This document shows, piece by piece, positions 1 to 8,523 of a stretch of DNA of 64,000 bases (the first letter of the stretch is position 1; each line of letters begins with the position of its first letter). The notes under the pieces are model-generated. The model saw only the letters and a list, made by a program, of their open reading frames with translations. It was not told the DNA's origin and searched no databases. This DNA is from Candidatus Poribacteria bacterium. GTDB taxonomy: Bacteria; Poribacteria; WGA-4E; WGA-3G. Where the stretch lies: the NCBI GenBank assembly GCA_003635195.1, contig PYIY01000004.1, forward strand, positions 3,527 to 67,526, read 5' to 3'. Made by a program: the position numbers and the translations under genes.

Positions 1-673
1 GGACCGATTAGAGGCGATCCCAGAGTGCTTGGATCGACACCAGACCCCTGATAATGGCGGCAAATTCCTCAACAAAATCATTAACAACTCTTTTAATCGC
101 GATTCACTCTATCTCCAATTCCTTGATAAATCACCGATTATTGAAGTCGCCGAAGCGACGCACGGCGACGATTGTCATTGCATCGGTATGCAATCGTGGT
201 TGACAGGTCCCGGACGTCCGGATCAGGGGTTACATACCGATTGGCTGCCAATTGCCCTACCGGCAGATGTTCGTTCCGATCCACGCGTCAAAGTTCCAAT
301 CTTCATCACCACCGCCCATTACTATCTCAACGATATGTATGAAGAACTGGGACCGACGAAATTTGTGCCGGGCAGCCATTACTCCGGATGTTCTCCAAAC
401 GGACAAACCGAGTGGAATAACCGGACAGAAGAGAGTATCTTGTGCAATGCTGGGGATGTGGTACTCTTCCGCAGTGAAGTCTGGCATCGCGGTTCTGCCA
501 ATACGACGGACGAAACCCGTTACCTTTTGCAAGTACACTATGCGCAGCGGATGATTACACAGAAATACCCACCTTATCTAAATAAGTTTCAGTTCGACGA
601 ATCCATTCTCGACCAAGCGAACCGGCGACAGAGACGGCTCCTCGGCGATCATCGACCGAGCAATTACGATTGA
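1..673 (+). CDS. Phytanoyl-CoA dioxygenase (PhyH) family Fe/2OG dioxygenase, 5'-truncated by window edge
   Basis: GLHTD (HxD) ... WHRG facial triad and GPTKFVPGSH motif; colinear with the full-length paralog at 14869-15672, so the true start lies upstream of position 1. Confidence 0.9.
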   Translation, partial: DRLEAIPECLDRHQTPDNGGKFLNKIINNSFNRDSLYLQFLDKSPIIEVAEATHGDDCHCIGMQSWLTGPGRPDQGLHTDWLPIALPADVRSDPRVKVPIFITTAHYYLNDMYEELGPTKFVPGSHYSGCSPNGQTEWNNRTEESILCNAGDVVLFRSEVWHRGSANTTDETRYLLQVHYAQRMITQKYPPYLNKFQFDESILDQANRRQRRLLGDHRPSNYD

Positions 674-861
674 AGGTGATACATAATTTGAGATGTGTCC
701 TTGCCGGATTTGAGCGATTGGACAACCCGTAGTGATGCCCTTTAGAATTATGAACCGCCTTAGTTGTCGGACACCGCTCGTCGAAGGGAACAGACGTTTG
801 TTATATCGCCTTACGAACCAGTAGCATTTTAGTAATCACTCATCTGTAACAGGAGGGACAA

Positions 862-2604
862 ATGGATAACGAAGTCATGACTACTGAAGAAAATTATGCT
901 TTTGATGTGGCAGGCTACCTACACATTCCGAATGTTCTCAGTCAAGAAGCGGTGGCGGCACTCAACGAGGCATTGGATGCAGTTGGGGAGAGCGAAACGC
1001 TGTTAGGCGGAGACAGTCTGTATCGCGAATTGTTCCGCGACCTACTAGTCCAGCCTCAATTGGTGTGGTATTTGAACCAGATCATCGGACACGGCTTTCG
1101 ACTTGACCAAGCCCCTCAATTGTTAGGGCAGCATGAAGGTGAAATAGGCGCGCCACTCGTCGGCGGTGATGAACCGAGAAATCCGTCCTTGGCATATCGT
1201 CAACAAAACGGCAGACGGAGTTGTCAAGGCGTGAAAGCGGTCTGGGTATTGGAAGATGTCGCAGAAGGGGACGGTGGCTTGGTTGTTGTTCAGGCGAGCC
1301 ACAAAAGCAATGTTGAAACGCCCCACGACTTGGCAACCGGCGCGGATGATATGGGGTTGGTGGTGCAACCGGTACTGAAAGCAGGGGATCTGTTTTTGAT
1401 CGCGGTGCCTACGCTCCAAGGCGTGCGCCCGTGGAAAGATGCGCCGAAAAGGTTGCTGGCTTATTGGTATGCCGCGCGTGCAGCGGTTCAATCCAATCCG
1501 CTTGGACCTTACTCGGAAACCGAGTCTTTGCCGGGATGGGCAGACGAAGCGACACCGGCGCAAAAAGCGGTTATGTATGTCCCCGGGTATAAGGGTTCAA
1601 GTCCACCACCTGTGATAAATACAGACGGCGAAGAAACATGGGTGGAGGAAGACGCGTCTGTCGTTCATCCATCCATTTATACCCGCGACCCAGATTCGGG
1701 TATTGATGAGAAGGAGTTTTACTTTTGGGATCTGAATGGATATGTAGTAGTGCGTGGTCTGATGGACGAGCAGTGGCTTGCAGAAGCCAATGAGGCAGTG
1801 GATAAATTCCAAGATCGCATCGTCGTAGGCGATGAACTTGCAGGCGGATCGGTCAGCCAAGCGGGGACAGGTCGTCCGCTCTTACCGGGCTTGTTAGACC
1901 TACCAGCTCCGTATAACGTGCCATTTCGACGCATGATTGCGCACCCTGCTGTGGTGCAGCGGCTCAATTGGATGGGCGGTAGCGGCTATCGCATGGGTGG
2001 CGCGACCGTATTCTGCGCGGTTCAAGGGACCTCGGGGCACGCGCTGCACGATGGCAATGAACCGATGACGCCATCACGCGGTTATTATTTTAAGAACGGA
2101 CGCAGTTATGCTGAGACTGTCACCATTACGTGGCAATTACGCGATGTCGAGCCGGGCCTCGGCGGTTTCGCGTGTGTACCCGGGTCTCACAAGACGCAAT
2201 ACTCTATGCCCCGCGGGATTCGGACGTGCGATGATACGATGGGTTTAGTGGTGCAACCCGTTATGAAAGCAGGGGATGTGCTTTTCTTTATGGATGGCGG
2301 TTGCACACACGGGGCCTTGGCGTGGAAGAATCCGATCCCCAGACGTGGGGTCTTGATTAAGTATCAGTCGAAAAATGTTAATTGGGGCGGCGGTGTGATT
2401 GATCCACAAGACCGGTGGGGCGATATGGTTGAAGATATGACTGAGGTACAATTTTCTGTCATGCGGGGGCCTGAACGCGATGGTCGCCACCGAACCGTCC
2501 CGCGACTGGTTGTGGAAGATGGACAGGTGTCCGTTTCGTACGATCCTGAAGGGGATAGTTATGCATCAAAACATCGACGGAAACCGGGTGAAAAACGCGG
2601 GTAA
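862..2604 (+). CDS. Tandem two-domain PhyH-family protein
   Basis: Two homologous halves (YAFDVAGYLHIPNVL / FYFWDLNGYVVVRGLM; both contain DDxMGLVVQPVxKAGD); GGAGG RBS before the ATG. Confidence 0.85.
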   Translation: MDNEVMTTEENYAFDVAGYLHIPNVLSQEAVAALNEALDAVGESETLLGGDSLYRELFRDLLVQPQLVWYLNQIIGHGFRLDQAPQLLGQHEGEIGAPLVGGDEPRNPSLAYRQQNGRRSCQGVKAVWVLEDVAEGDGGLVVVQASHKSNVETPHDLATGADDMGLVVQPVLKAGDLFLIAVPTLQGVRPWKDAPKRLLAYWYAARAAVQSNPLGPYSETESLPGWADEATPAQKAVMYVPGYKGSSPPPVINTDGEETWVEEDASVVHPSIYTRDPDSGIDEKEFYFWDLNGYVVVRGLMDEQWLAEANEAVDKFQDRIVVGDELAGGSVSQAGTGRPLLPGLLDLPAPYNVPFRRMIAHPAVVQRLNWMGGSGYRMGGATVFCAVQGTSGHALHDGNEPMTPSRGYYFKNGRSYAETVTITWQLRDVEPGLGGFACVPGSHKTQYSMPRGIRTCDDTMGLVVQPVMKAGDVLFFMDGGCTHGALAWKNPIPRRGVLIKYQSKNVNWGGGVIDPQDRWGDMVEDMTEVQFSVMRGPERDGRHRTVPRLVVEDGQVSVSYDPEGDSYASKHRRKPGEKRG

Positions 2605-2895
2605 TGGAGGACACGCTACCACCCAATCTACAAGAAATCGGGATTGAGACCCCTTCCACAAGAGACGGAGATCGCTCTTAGAGTTTCGTTGGTAAAAACA
2701 GGTTGTTTTTGGAACCTCGCACAACCTGTAAAGCGCGGGATGTTTTATAAGATTACCCGACGGACCGCTTGGCGGACAAGTGAAACAGAACCAAAACGGT
2801 CTCTGGAGGGGACATGTCCGTTAAATCAGCGTGCGGGCTGTTTGATGTGTGTTGTATGATATGAAAACCTAATCCTCATACTCTCTTTGATACGT

Positions 2896-3099
2896 TCACT
2901 TAAACTTATCAATCAACGCTTTGAGTTCTTCAAATGTGCCGTGATAGGAGATTGTCATGCCATCAGGGAAATGGACACCACATTTCACATGTATGGATTC
3001 ACCTGTTTTGAAGTCAATTTGGGCAACGTACTGTCCGACCCTGCAAACGCGTTGAACCCTGCTGAGCTGGATCTGCTTGCCACCGAGTTGAAGTTTCAT
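2896..3099 (-). CDS. Small hypothetical protein, paralog of 3152-3427
   Basis: AGGAG RBS 6 nt before ATG 3099; about 32 identities over ~61 aligned residues with its neighbour (manual count). Confidence 0.75.
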   Translation of the reverse strand: MKLQLGGKQIQLSRVQRVCRVGQYVAQIDFKTGESIHVKCGVHFPDGMTISYHGTFEELKALIDKFK

Positions 3100-3151
3100 A
3101 AACATCTCCTAATTTTCATCAGTTAAATAAAACATGGGAAACCAAATAGCC

Positions 3152-3427
3152 CTATTTCTCGCTGTCGTAAGCATACCATTTCCTTTTCTTCCTTTTCGTC
3201 GGTTTCCTGTTAGTTGACTTGTTGGCTTCAATATATTCTGCCAAGAATGCTTTTAGGTCTTCAGGAGTTCCAGCAAATGATATGGTGTTGTCTGGTATTT
3301 TTACACCACATGTCACGGTTATGGATTCTCCGGTTACGAATTCGAGTATGCAAACTCTTGGCCCGACCCGTTTGAAGTGATTCACCTCTTTAGGGTCTAT
3401 CGTCTTGCGACCGAGACGGACTTTCAT
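3152..3427 (-). CDS. Small hypothetical protein with basic C-terminal tail, paralog of 2896-3099
   Basis: AAGGA RBS before ATG 3427; shares RVG..V...F.TGESI.V.CGV..PD.TIS..GT.E.LKA with its neighbour; KRKKRK tail. Confidence 0.75.
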   Translation of the reverse strand: MKVRLGRKTIDPKEVNHFKRVGPRVCILEFVTGESITVTCGVKIPDNTISFAGTPEDLKAFLAEYIEANKSTNRKPTKRKKRKWYAYDSEK

Positions 3428-3450
3428 GGCGTTCCTTTCGTAAAATGCTC

Positions 3451-3939
3451 TCATTCCTGCCATTCTGCGTATTTCTGAAGTGTACGCGTATCAATACCTA
3501 ACGATGCTGCGGCTTTCTGTAGTGTTGCGTATTGCTGTATACGTTTCTGTGCAACCGCATGCAGGATTTGATTCTGATTCATATCATTTATATCAAGAAA
3601 TTCCCTTTCTTCCATCGTTTTCGGTATATTGGAAGCGGGCAGGTTACGCCAAAATCTTGCTGTCTGTTTTGAGAGTTCGTGCATAATTATGCGCTGTGTC
3701 TCCCGGGATAGTTTTTTCCATTTTGCGTCCTGCGTCTCCGACGGAAGTGTTTGCCATATAGAGACAAGTGCCTGAGAGAGTTCTGAGTAGATATTAGAAA
3801 AATCTTTGGGTTCCAATTTGTTATCGGACTCTCTTGTAAATCCTTTGCCTGGATACCGATGGCAATTTAATGAATACTGACTGTTCTGACATAATGCATT
3901 CTTAAAGGTTGATAATGAAGTTCCGTTTTTGGTAAACAC
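3451..3939 (-). CDS. Hypothetical protein with C-terminal Fis-type helix-turn-helix
   Basis: C-terminus TLQKAAASLGIDTRTLQKY resembles a Fis/HTH_8 motif; internal repeat ELSQALVSIWQTLP / ELSKQTARFWRNLP; start codon uncertain. Confidence 0.65.
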   Translation of the reverse strand: MFTKNGTSLSTFKNALCQNSQYSLNCHRYPGKGFTRESDNKLEPKDFSNIYSELSQALVSIWQTLPSETQDAKWKKLSRETQRIIMHELSKQTARFWRNLPASNIPKTMEEREFLDINDMNQNQILHAVAQKRIQQYATLQKAAASLGIDTRTLQKYAEWQE

Positions 3940-4486
3940 GTCTCGTTGAGGTAATTGACCAGAATATCACCTTGTGTTTTTAAATTATTCGATAGTAAAA
4001 TTGAGAATTAAGTAGACCCTTTTCCTCTAACAGAAGACAGTTCATAGGAGCAAGGTTCCCTCGTCTGCCAAATCGTAGTCAACTGTTAGCCTACGGCGTG
4101 AAAGCTTGATATATCCTTCGCGCAGGTCCTTACGACCGATTGCGATCAGCTGAATGCAGTGTTAAGTTATGATAGGTCAATTTTATAAAATATTTCAAAT
4201 ATTATAGGATTAAAGTCTATATCTAACCTAATTATATGGTATTTTTATAGAAAACGCAAATTATATTTATAAAAATTGCTAATTTGTTTGAAAAGTGCGT
4301 AATACTTTAGAATTTTACCCAGCTTCTTAAAAGAAAAGTCCACTTTCCAAATACCGCGGGGCTCTTTAATACATTTACCGAAACTCATAGACCGTCAGCA
4401 AAAGTTCTCACTCTCCATTACTTCTTTCACTTCCCCAAAACGCCGATGTCAATTTTATGGGACTGTCTGCAATTTTTGCGTATTAA

Positions 4487-4823
4487 TAACCTAAGTTGCC
4501 CCCTTTAAACAGCCTGCAGAGCCATTCACTTGTCGATTTTTTCATCATTGTCGTGGAGGCATCGCGAGCGACAAGAAACCCGCAGAAACACCCAAACAAA
4601 AACACTCGCTCCTACAATGGAGTGTTCTTAGACAGAAAATCAAAATTATTGGAGAATTGAATGCCTCTGAAACAGCCTGGCTTTTATATGGTATTTAATT
4701 TTGGATTATGCTATAATAATCATATTGAACCATTATTTTACAATTTTTAACTAAAAATATAATTGCAGTTGAATGATTTTTTAATTTAACTCGCGTTGGT
4801 TGCTCAGATGGCAACTTGGGTTA
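4487..4823. mobile_element. MITE-like element (14-bp TIR, TA ends) containing a nested second MITE
   Basis: TAACCTAAGTTGCC (4487-4500) vs GGCAACTTGGGTTA (4810-4823), 13/14 inverted match; a related solo end CCCAAGTTGCCA lies near 8195. Confidence 0.55.
4517..4669. mobile_element. MITE with 12-bp TIR and 10-bp target-site duplication
   Basis: CAGAGCCATTCA / TGAATGCCTCTG (11/12 inverted match); AAACAGCCTG directly repeated at 4507-4516 and 4670-4679. Confidence 0.8.
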
Positions 4824-5133
4824 CCACTAATGGAAAAAGAAGAAAACACAAATTCGGATCTGATGTGAAATATTTATCGGATAGGTCTTCCGAAAATAGC
4901 GGCGAATCATAAAAAGTTTTATTAGGATATTGATACATTTTTATTTTAATTTAAAAAAAATATGTCTTAATCTAACTGACGCTTAAACCCTGATGACTAT
5001 TGACTTTATGTCAATTTAAAATTTGACCAAAAATAAGATTTTTGATAATATACACTCTTAACTTTGGTAGAATAGATATCCAGAATTTATCCAATTCAAG
5101 TGTAGAAAAATCACTGACTGTAGTTAGGGAGGT

Positions 5134-8127
5134 GTGTCAATGACAACCAAGGTCTTGGAAGATATTATTGCCCGCTGTCACCGACGGCACGAGAAGCCAC
5201 TTAAGCAACGGAAGACGATCTCAGCACCTCCGCTTTACAAAGGGCTTCCTTACCACTTCACGGTCTATTGCGCTCACAGATACCCTGTGATGCTTCAAGA
5301 CTTGGAAGCGGCAGGCATTTCCTTTATGCCGATAGGGCAGGCTCCTGGAGCTGACCGTCCGCCGCGTCATTTTGGAGGGGAGCGGTTCTTGAAACCTCAA
5401 GAGGTGACAGACTGGGGGATCACCCAATGGCACAAGTCGTGGGGGATTCACGTGTATACAGGTATTCCCTCGGCACACGATGGCGCGCCCTGGCATGATA
5501 TCGACTTTCAATATGAAGCTATCTGTGCTGCCCCGGATGCCGTTTTTGCGTGCGTTGAAGCCCTTGTTAACGCGGTTGCGAACCCATTGTTGACGCTGTC
5601 AAAGTCTGGTGGATTGCGCTTTTCTTGCAGGATACCGGAGTACCTGCACCCGAGCACCAACCAGGCACGGTTCTATGTCTATAAAGGGACACCGTCAACG
5701 GAGAGTCCCGACCAATACGACGCGTATTTTGAAATTTTTGGCGAGAAAGGACACAATTGCTGGGATGCGCGTTATGAAATCCTGCTTGGAAATCTGTTAG
5801 ATCCGCCAGTGATTCCTAAAGAGGTTTTCTTTGCACCGATTGATGCCCTTCGTGCTGCACTGCCCGAACCTGTTTCGCAAAATGTCCAACACAAAGAGAA
5901 TATCCCCGAGGTACCATACTCTCTCGGATCGGGCAAACTTGATCTCGCCAAAGAGGCGTTTTTTAAGCGCGGGTTTTCTTATGTCAGACAAGAGGATGGA
6001 TTTCACTATTGGAACCAGGGAGGTAGTGAGATTGACAACACAGAGGTAGCATTGTGGGAGAGTGAAAGTGGCGTGTGGGTACGTGCCTCTACGTCTGATA
6101 CTGGGCTGCCTATGGAGGCAATGCTCATAACAGATGTTTGGAACGACACTGGCATCTTGCCGCCGACCCCTGCGACAGGGCTGCCTATAGACGATAAGGT
6201 GATCGCCGTACGGGAAGGGAAACTTAGTCCACTATCAATAAAGCGTCCTACTCCTATATTACACAAGTCCGAACCGCCCGAAAATACTTATGAAACACAC
6301 GAAGAGATTAGTGTTCAGGTGCAGCGTGCTTTCGATAGGAATGTGCGTGTCCTTGGATTTACTGCCGAGATAGACGCAGAGAAATACCCTGAAGTAGAAT
6401 CCGTTCTGCGTACGCGTAAGGCAATCTGTTTAAAGGTACCGCGCGTTGATCTTGCGGCAGTAGCATCGCAATTTCTTCAAAGCCGAGATGTCAGATCGGT
6501 GGCACAGTGGCGGGATCAGATGCATCTCTGGAATCAGGTGAAAGATACCCCCAGTACCCGACTGTTTTCGGACCCAGAATACGCAAAAATAGCGGAACAA
6601 CTTCTCGAAACGCGCGAGGGAACACAACCCCTCTGTATCATCAATACCCTCGGAGAGGATAAACTGTTTCTTAGATGCAAATTCTCCAGAACCACACTGA
6701 AGGCGTGGGTTGCCAATTGGCAAGGCAATGCCTTAGGCAACTTTGCGATAGCTCTCCTGAATGCAGTAGACATCAAAGATAAATCCCCTGGAAACTCTAT
6801 CAAACGGCTCCGAACAGTGGTTCAGACGTTTGAATGGCTGGAAGAAGAGATCATCCAACAGATGTGTCACGTCGATGCGGCGACTGTTGAAAACATTCAG
6901 GCGTTCCCAGCGGTTTATGCGGATCCAAGTTGGACGTTTTGGCATCAACTCAAACGTTTCTTTGCACATTACACACGGGACGCTGATGCGCCGATGCGAT
7001 GGGAGGACGAAGCCCTACAGTTCCGAGTGCCGCCGATGCTGCATCCGAGCGTCCAATACCTTTTCGTCAATACACCAACTCTCTACGCTGAACATTTACA
7101 GCGGACATTCTTGGATGTAGAAACCGAGATCCTTCGCACGCAACCGATGGTGTGGGTTCCCGGAAACCGCGTTTTTCAGATTCGCACCGGTATCTATCCA
7201 CAAGAGACAATTTTAGACCTCAGCAATACTTGGGACATTATGGCGATGTCTGAAACGGGGCAGCACATTTTTTCCAGAATTCAAGCGGAAATAGAAAGAG
7301 ATCGAAATATTAAGCATGGGATTATAACCCATGTTCCGGCAATTGAACAGTTGAAGGATATCACGAAAAATGAGAATGTCTGTTTCTTGAGGAGTTTTCG
7401 AGATTTTCAAGAAGTGGAAGGATTGGAAATTGCCCTTCAAGAAGGATTAGAAATCGCCCTTCAAGAAGGACAGGTCATCTGGATGGTTGGCATGCCGGCA
7501 ATGGGAGCACGCGCCCTTTTGAATCGCACGCAGATCCTGTTTGGAAACGACAAGGAGCCCCTCTCTTATGAAATGGAACCAGAATTCTACCGTTATAAAG
7601 ACGAACGCGTTCAGAGCGTCTATGAAAAAGAGATCACCCGTATATTCACAGAGATTATAAAGTTGGCACAGTTGAACCGTTTGGCACACAAGACAGTTAT
7701 GTTGATTACAGGGTTGCGAATTCCTGAGATCACCGATAGACCCGAAACCCTCCTTTTTGACTGGGAAGATTTCGAGGTTGCTGGCGGGTTAGACAACCTC
7801 GCTGAGGTGGTAGCAACACGCCAACGTTTTGAGACGGAACGCGACAATCTGACACCTGAATCCAGCAGACAAGAAGTAGAACGTGTATTAGGATGTTCCC
7901 CAAGACAGGCGAACCGAGTGTTGCAAAAGCTGAGAGGTGGGAAGGCACGTGTCACTTTTCGCGAGCAAATTCTTACACTTCTCGCCAATGGCGAGAAAAC
8001 AACACCGGAACTCGCAGCGGCGATTCTGGGACACCCAAAAGCAATAAACACAGAACTCACGCGCCTTGTGGAGATGGGTGAAATTGTAAAGGTTCGACGC
8101 GGTGTTTACAGGCTGCCAGAACCTTAG
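5134..8127 (+). CDS. 997-aa hypothetical protein: N-terminal Prim-Pol-like domain, C-terminal HTH plus winged HTH
   Basis: GISFMPIG..DRPP..W..WGIHVYTGIPS..WHDIDF..LSKSGGLRF resembles the bifunctional primase/polymerase N-terminal motif order; C-terminal QILTLLANGEKTTPELAAAI..AINTELTRLVEMGEIVKVRRGVY is wHTH-like; GGAGG RBS favours ATG 5140. Confidence 0.6.
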   Translation: MSMTTKVLEDIIARCHRRHEKPLKQRKTISAPPLYKGLPYHFTVYCAHRYPVMLQDLEAAGISFMPIGQAPGADRPPRHFGGERFLKPQEVTDWGITQWHKSWGIHVYTGIPSAHDGAPWHDIDFQYEAICAAPDAVFACVEALVNAVANPLLTLSKSGGLRFSCRIPEYLHPSTNQARFYVYKGTPSTESPDQYDAYFEIFGEKGHNCWDARYEILLGNLLDPPVIPKEVFFAPIDALRAALPEPVSQNVQHKENIPEVPYSLGSGKLDLAKEAFFKRGFSYVRQEDGFHYWNQGGSEIDNTEVALWESESGVWVRASTSDTGLPMEAMLITDVWNDTGILPPTPATGLPIDDKVIAVREGKLSPLSIKRPTPILHKSEPPENTYETHEEISVQVQRAFDRNVRVLGFTAEIDAEKYPEVESVLRTRKAICLKVPRVDLAAVASQFLQSRDVRSVAQWRDQMHLWNQVKDTPSTRLFSDPEYAKIAEQLLETREGTQPLCIINTLGEDKLFLRCKFSRTTLKAWVANWQGNALGNFAIALLNAVDIKDKSPGNSIKRLRTVVQTFEWLEEEIIQQMCHVDAATVENIQAFPAVYADPSWTFWHQLKRFFAHYTRDADAPMRWEDEALQFRVPPMLHPSVQYLFVNTPTLYAEHLQRTFLDVETEILRTQPMVWVPGNRVFQIRTGIYPQETILDLSNTWDIMAMSETGQHIFSRIQAEIERDRNIKHGIITHVPAIEQLKDITKNENVCFLRSFRDFQEVEGLEIALQEGLEIALQEGQVIWMVGMPAMGARALLNRTQILFGNDKEPLSYEMEPEFYRYKDERVQSVYEKEITRIFTEIIKLAQLNRLAHKTVMLITGLRIPEITDRPETLLFDWEDFEVAGGLDNLAEVVATRQRFETERDNLTPESSRQEVERVLGCSPRQANRVLQKLRGGKARVTFREQILTLLANGEKTTPELAAAILGHPKAINTELTRLVEMGEIVKVRRGVYRLPEP

Positions 8128-8266
8128 AACGGCAGCATTCCGTATTATCATTCCATTCTCATTTACCGAGTCTACATTCCTTATCTATCTATACCCCAAG
8201 TTGCCACCCCCCCTCTTTATCCCCCCTATCAGGGCGGCAAGATTACAAGTGCTTGTTATGTGAAAG

Positions 8267-8397
8267 CAGATCCATTCAGTTTTAAGAAATTATAGAGTTT
8301 CCCGCCCTTTTTCAGGATCCGGTGCGGTTAGGAAACCGCATCTACCGGGCCTGGGGGGCCAAAATTGGACTAAAAAACCGAGAACTGAATGGCTTTG
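8267..8397. mobile_element. MITE of the same TIR family as 4517-4669, 9-bp TSD, REP-like cargo
   Basis: CAGATCCATTCAGTT / AACTGAATGGCTTTG (13/15 inverted match); ATGTGAAAG repeated at 8258-8266 and 8398-8406; internal hairpin GGTGCGGTTAGGAAACCGCATCTAC. Confidence 0.8.
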
Positions 8398-8523
8398 ATG
8401 TGAAAGTTGGCCTTGATAGAATTACCGAATTATTTTATTATGATGAAAAAAAAAATAAGTAGCCCTTCGCTGGAAGGCACGCTTAGAGAATGGTAAAGGA
8501 TTGGGCAGCAGGAGTTTGTCAAT

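Noticed and set aside
2644-2859. 71-aa ORF (also 15713-15944 ORFs)
   Set aside because: No RBS or protein-like motifs; they coincide with a structured RNA candidate or REP cluster
4060-4150. c-di-GMP-I riboswitch-like GNRA hairpin on the minus strand
   Set aside because: Only loose similarity (GCAA..GTAA tetraloop..GCGAAG); the tetraloop receptor and P1 are not recognisable, and part of the region resembles the REP-like sequence near 14700
7417-7470. 24-bp tandem duplication (EGLEIALQ x2) in the 997-aa gene
   Set aside because: Real but a simple in-frame slippage duplication with synonymous differences; no sign of a variable repeat system
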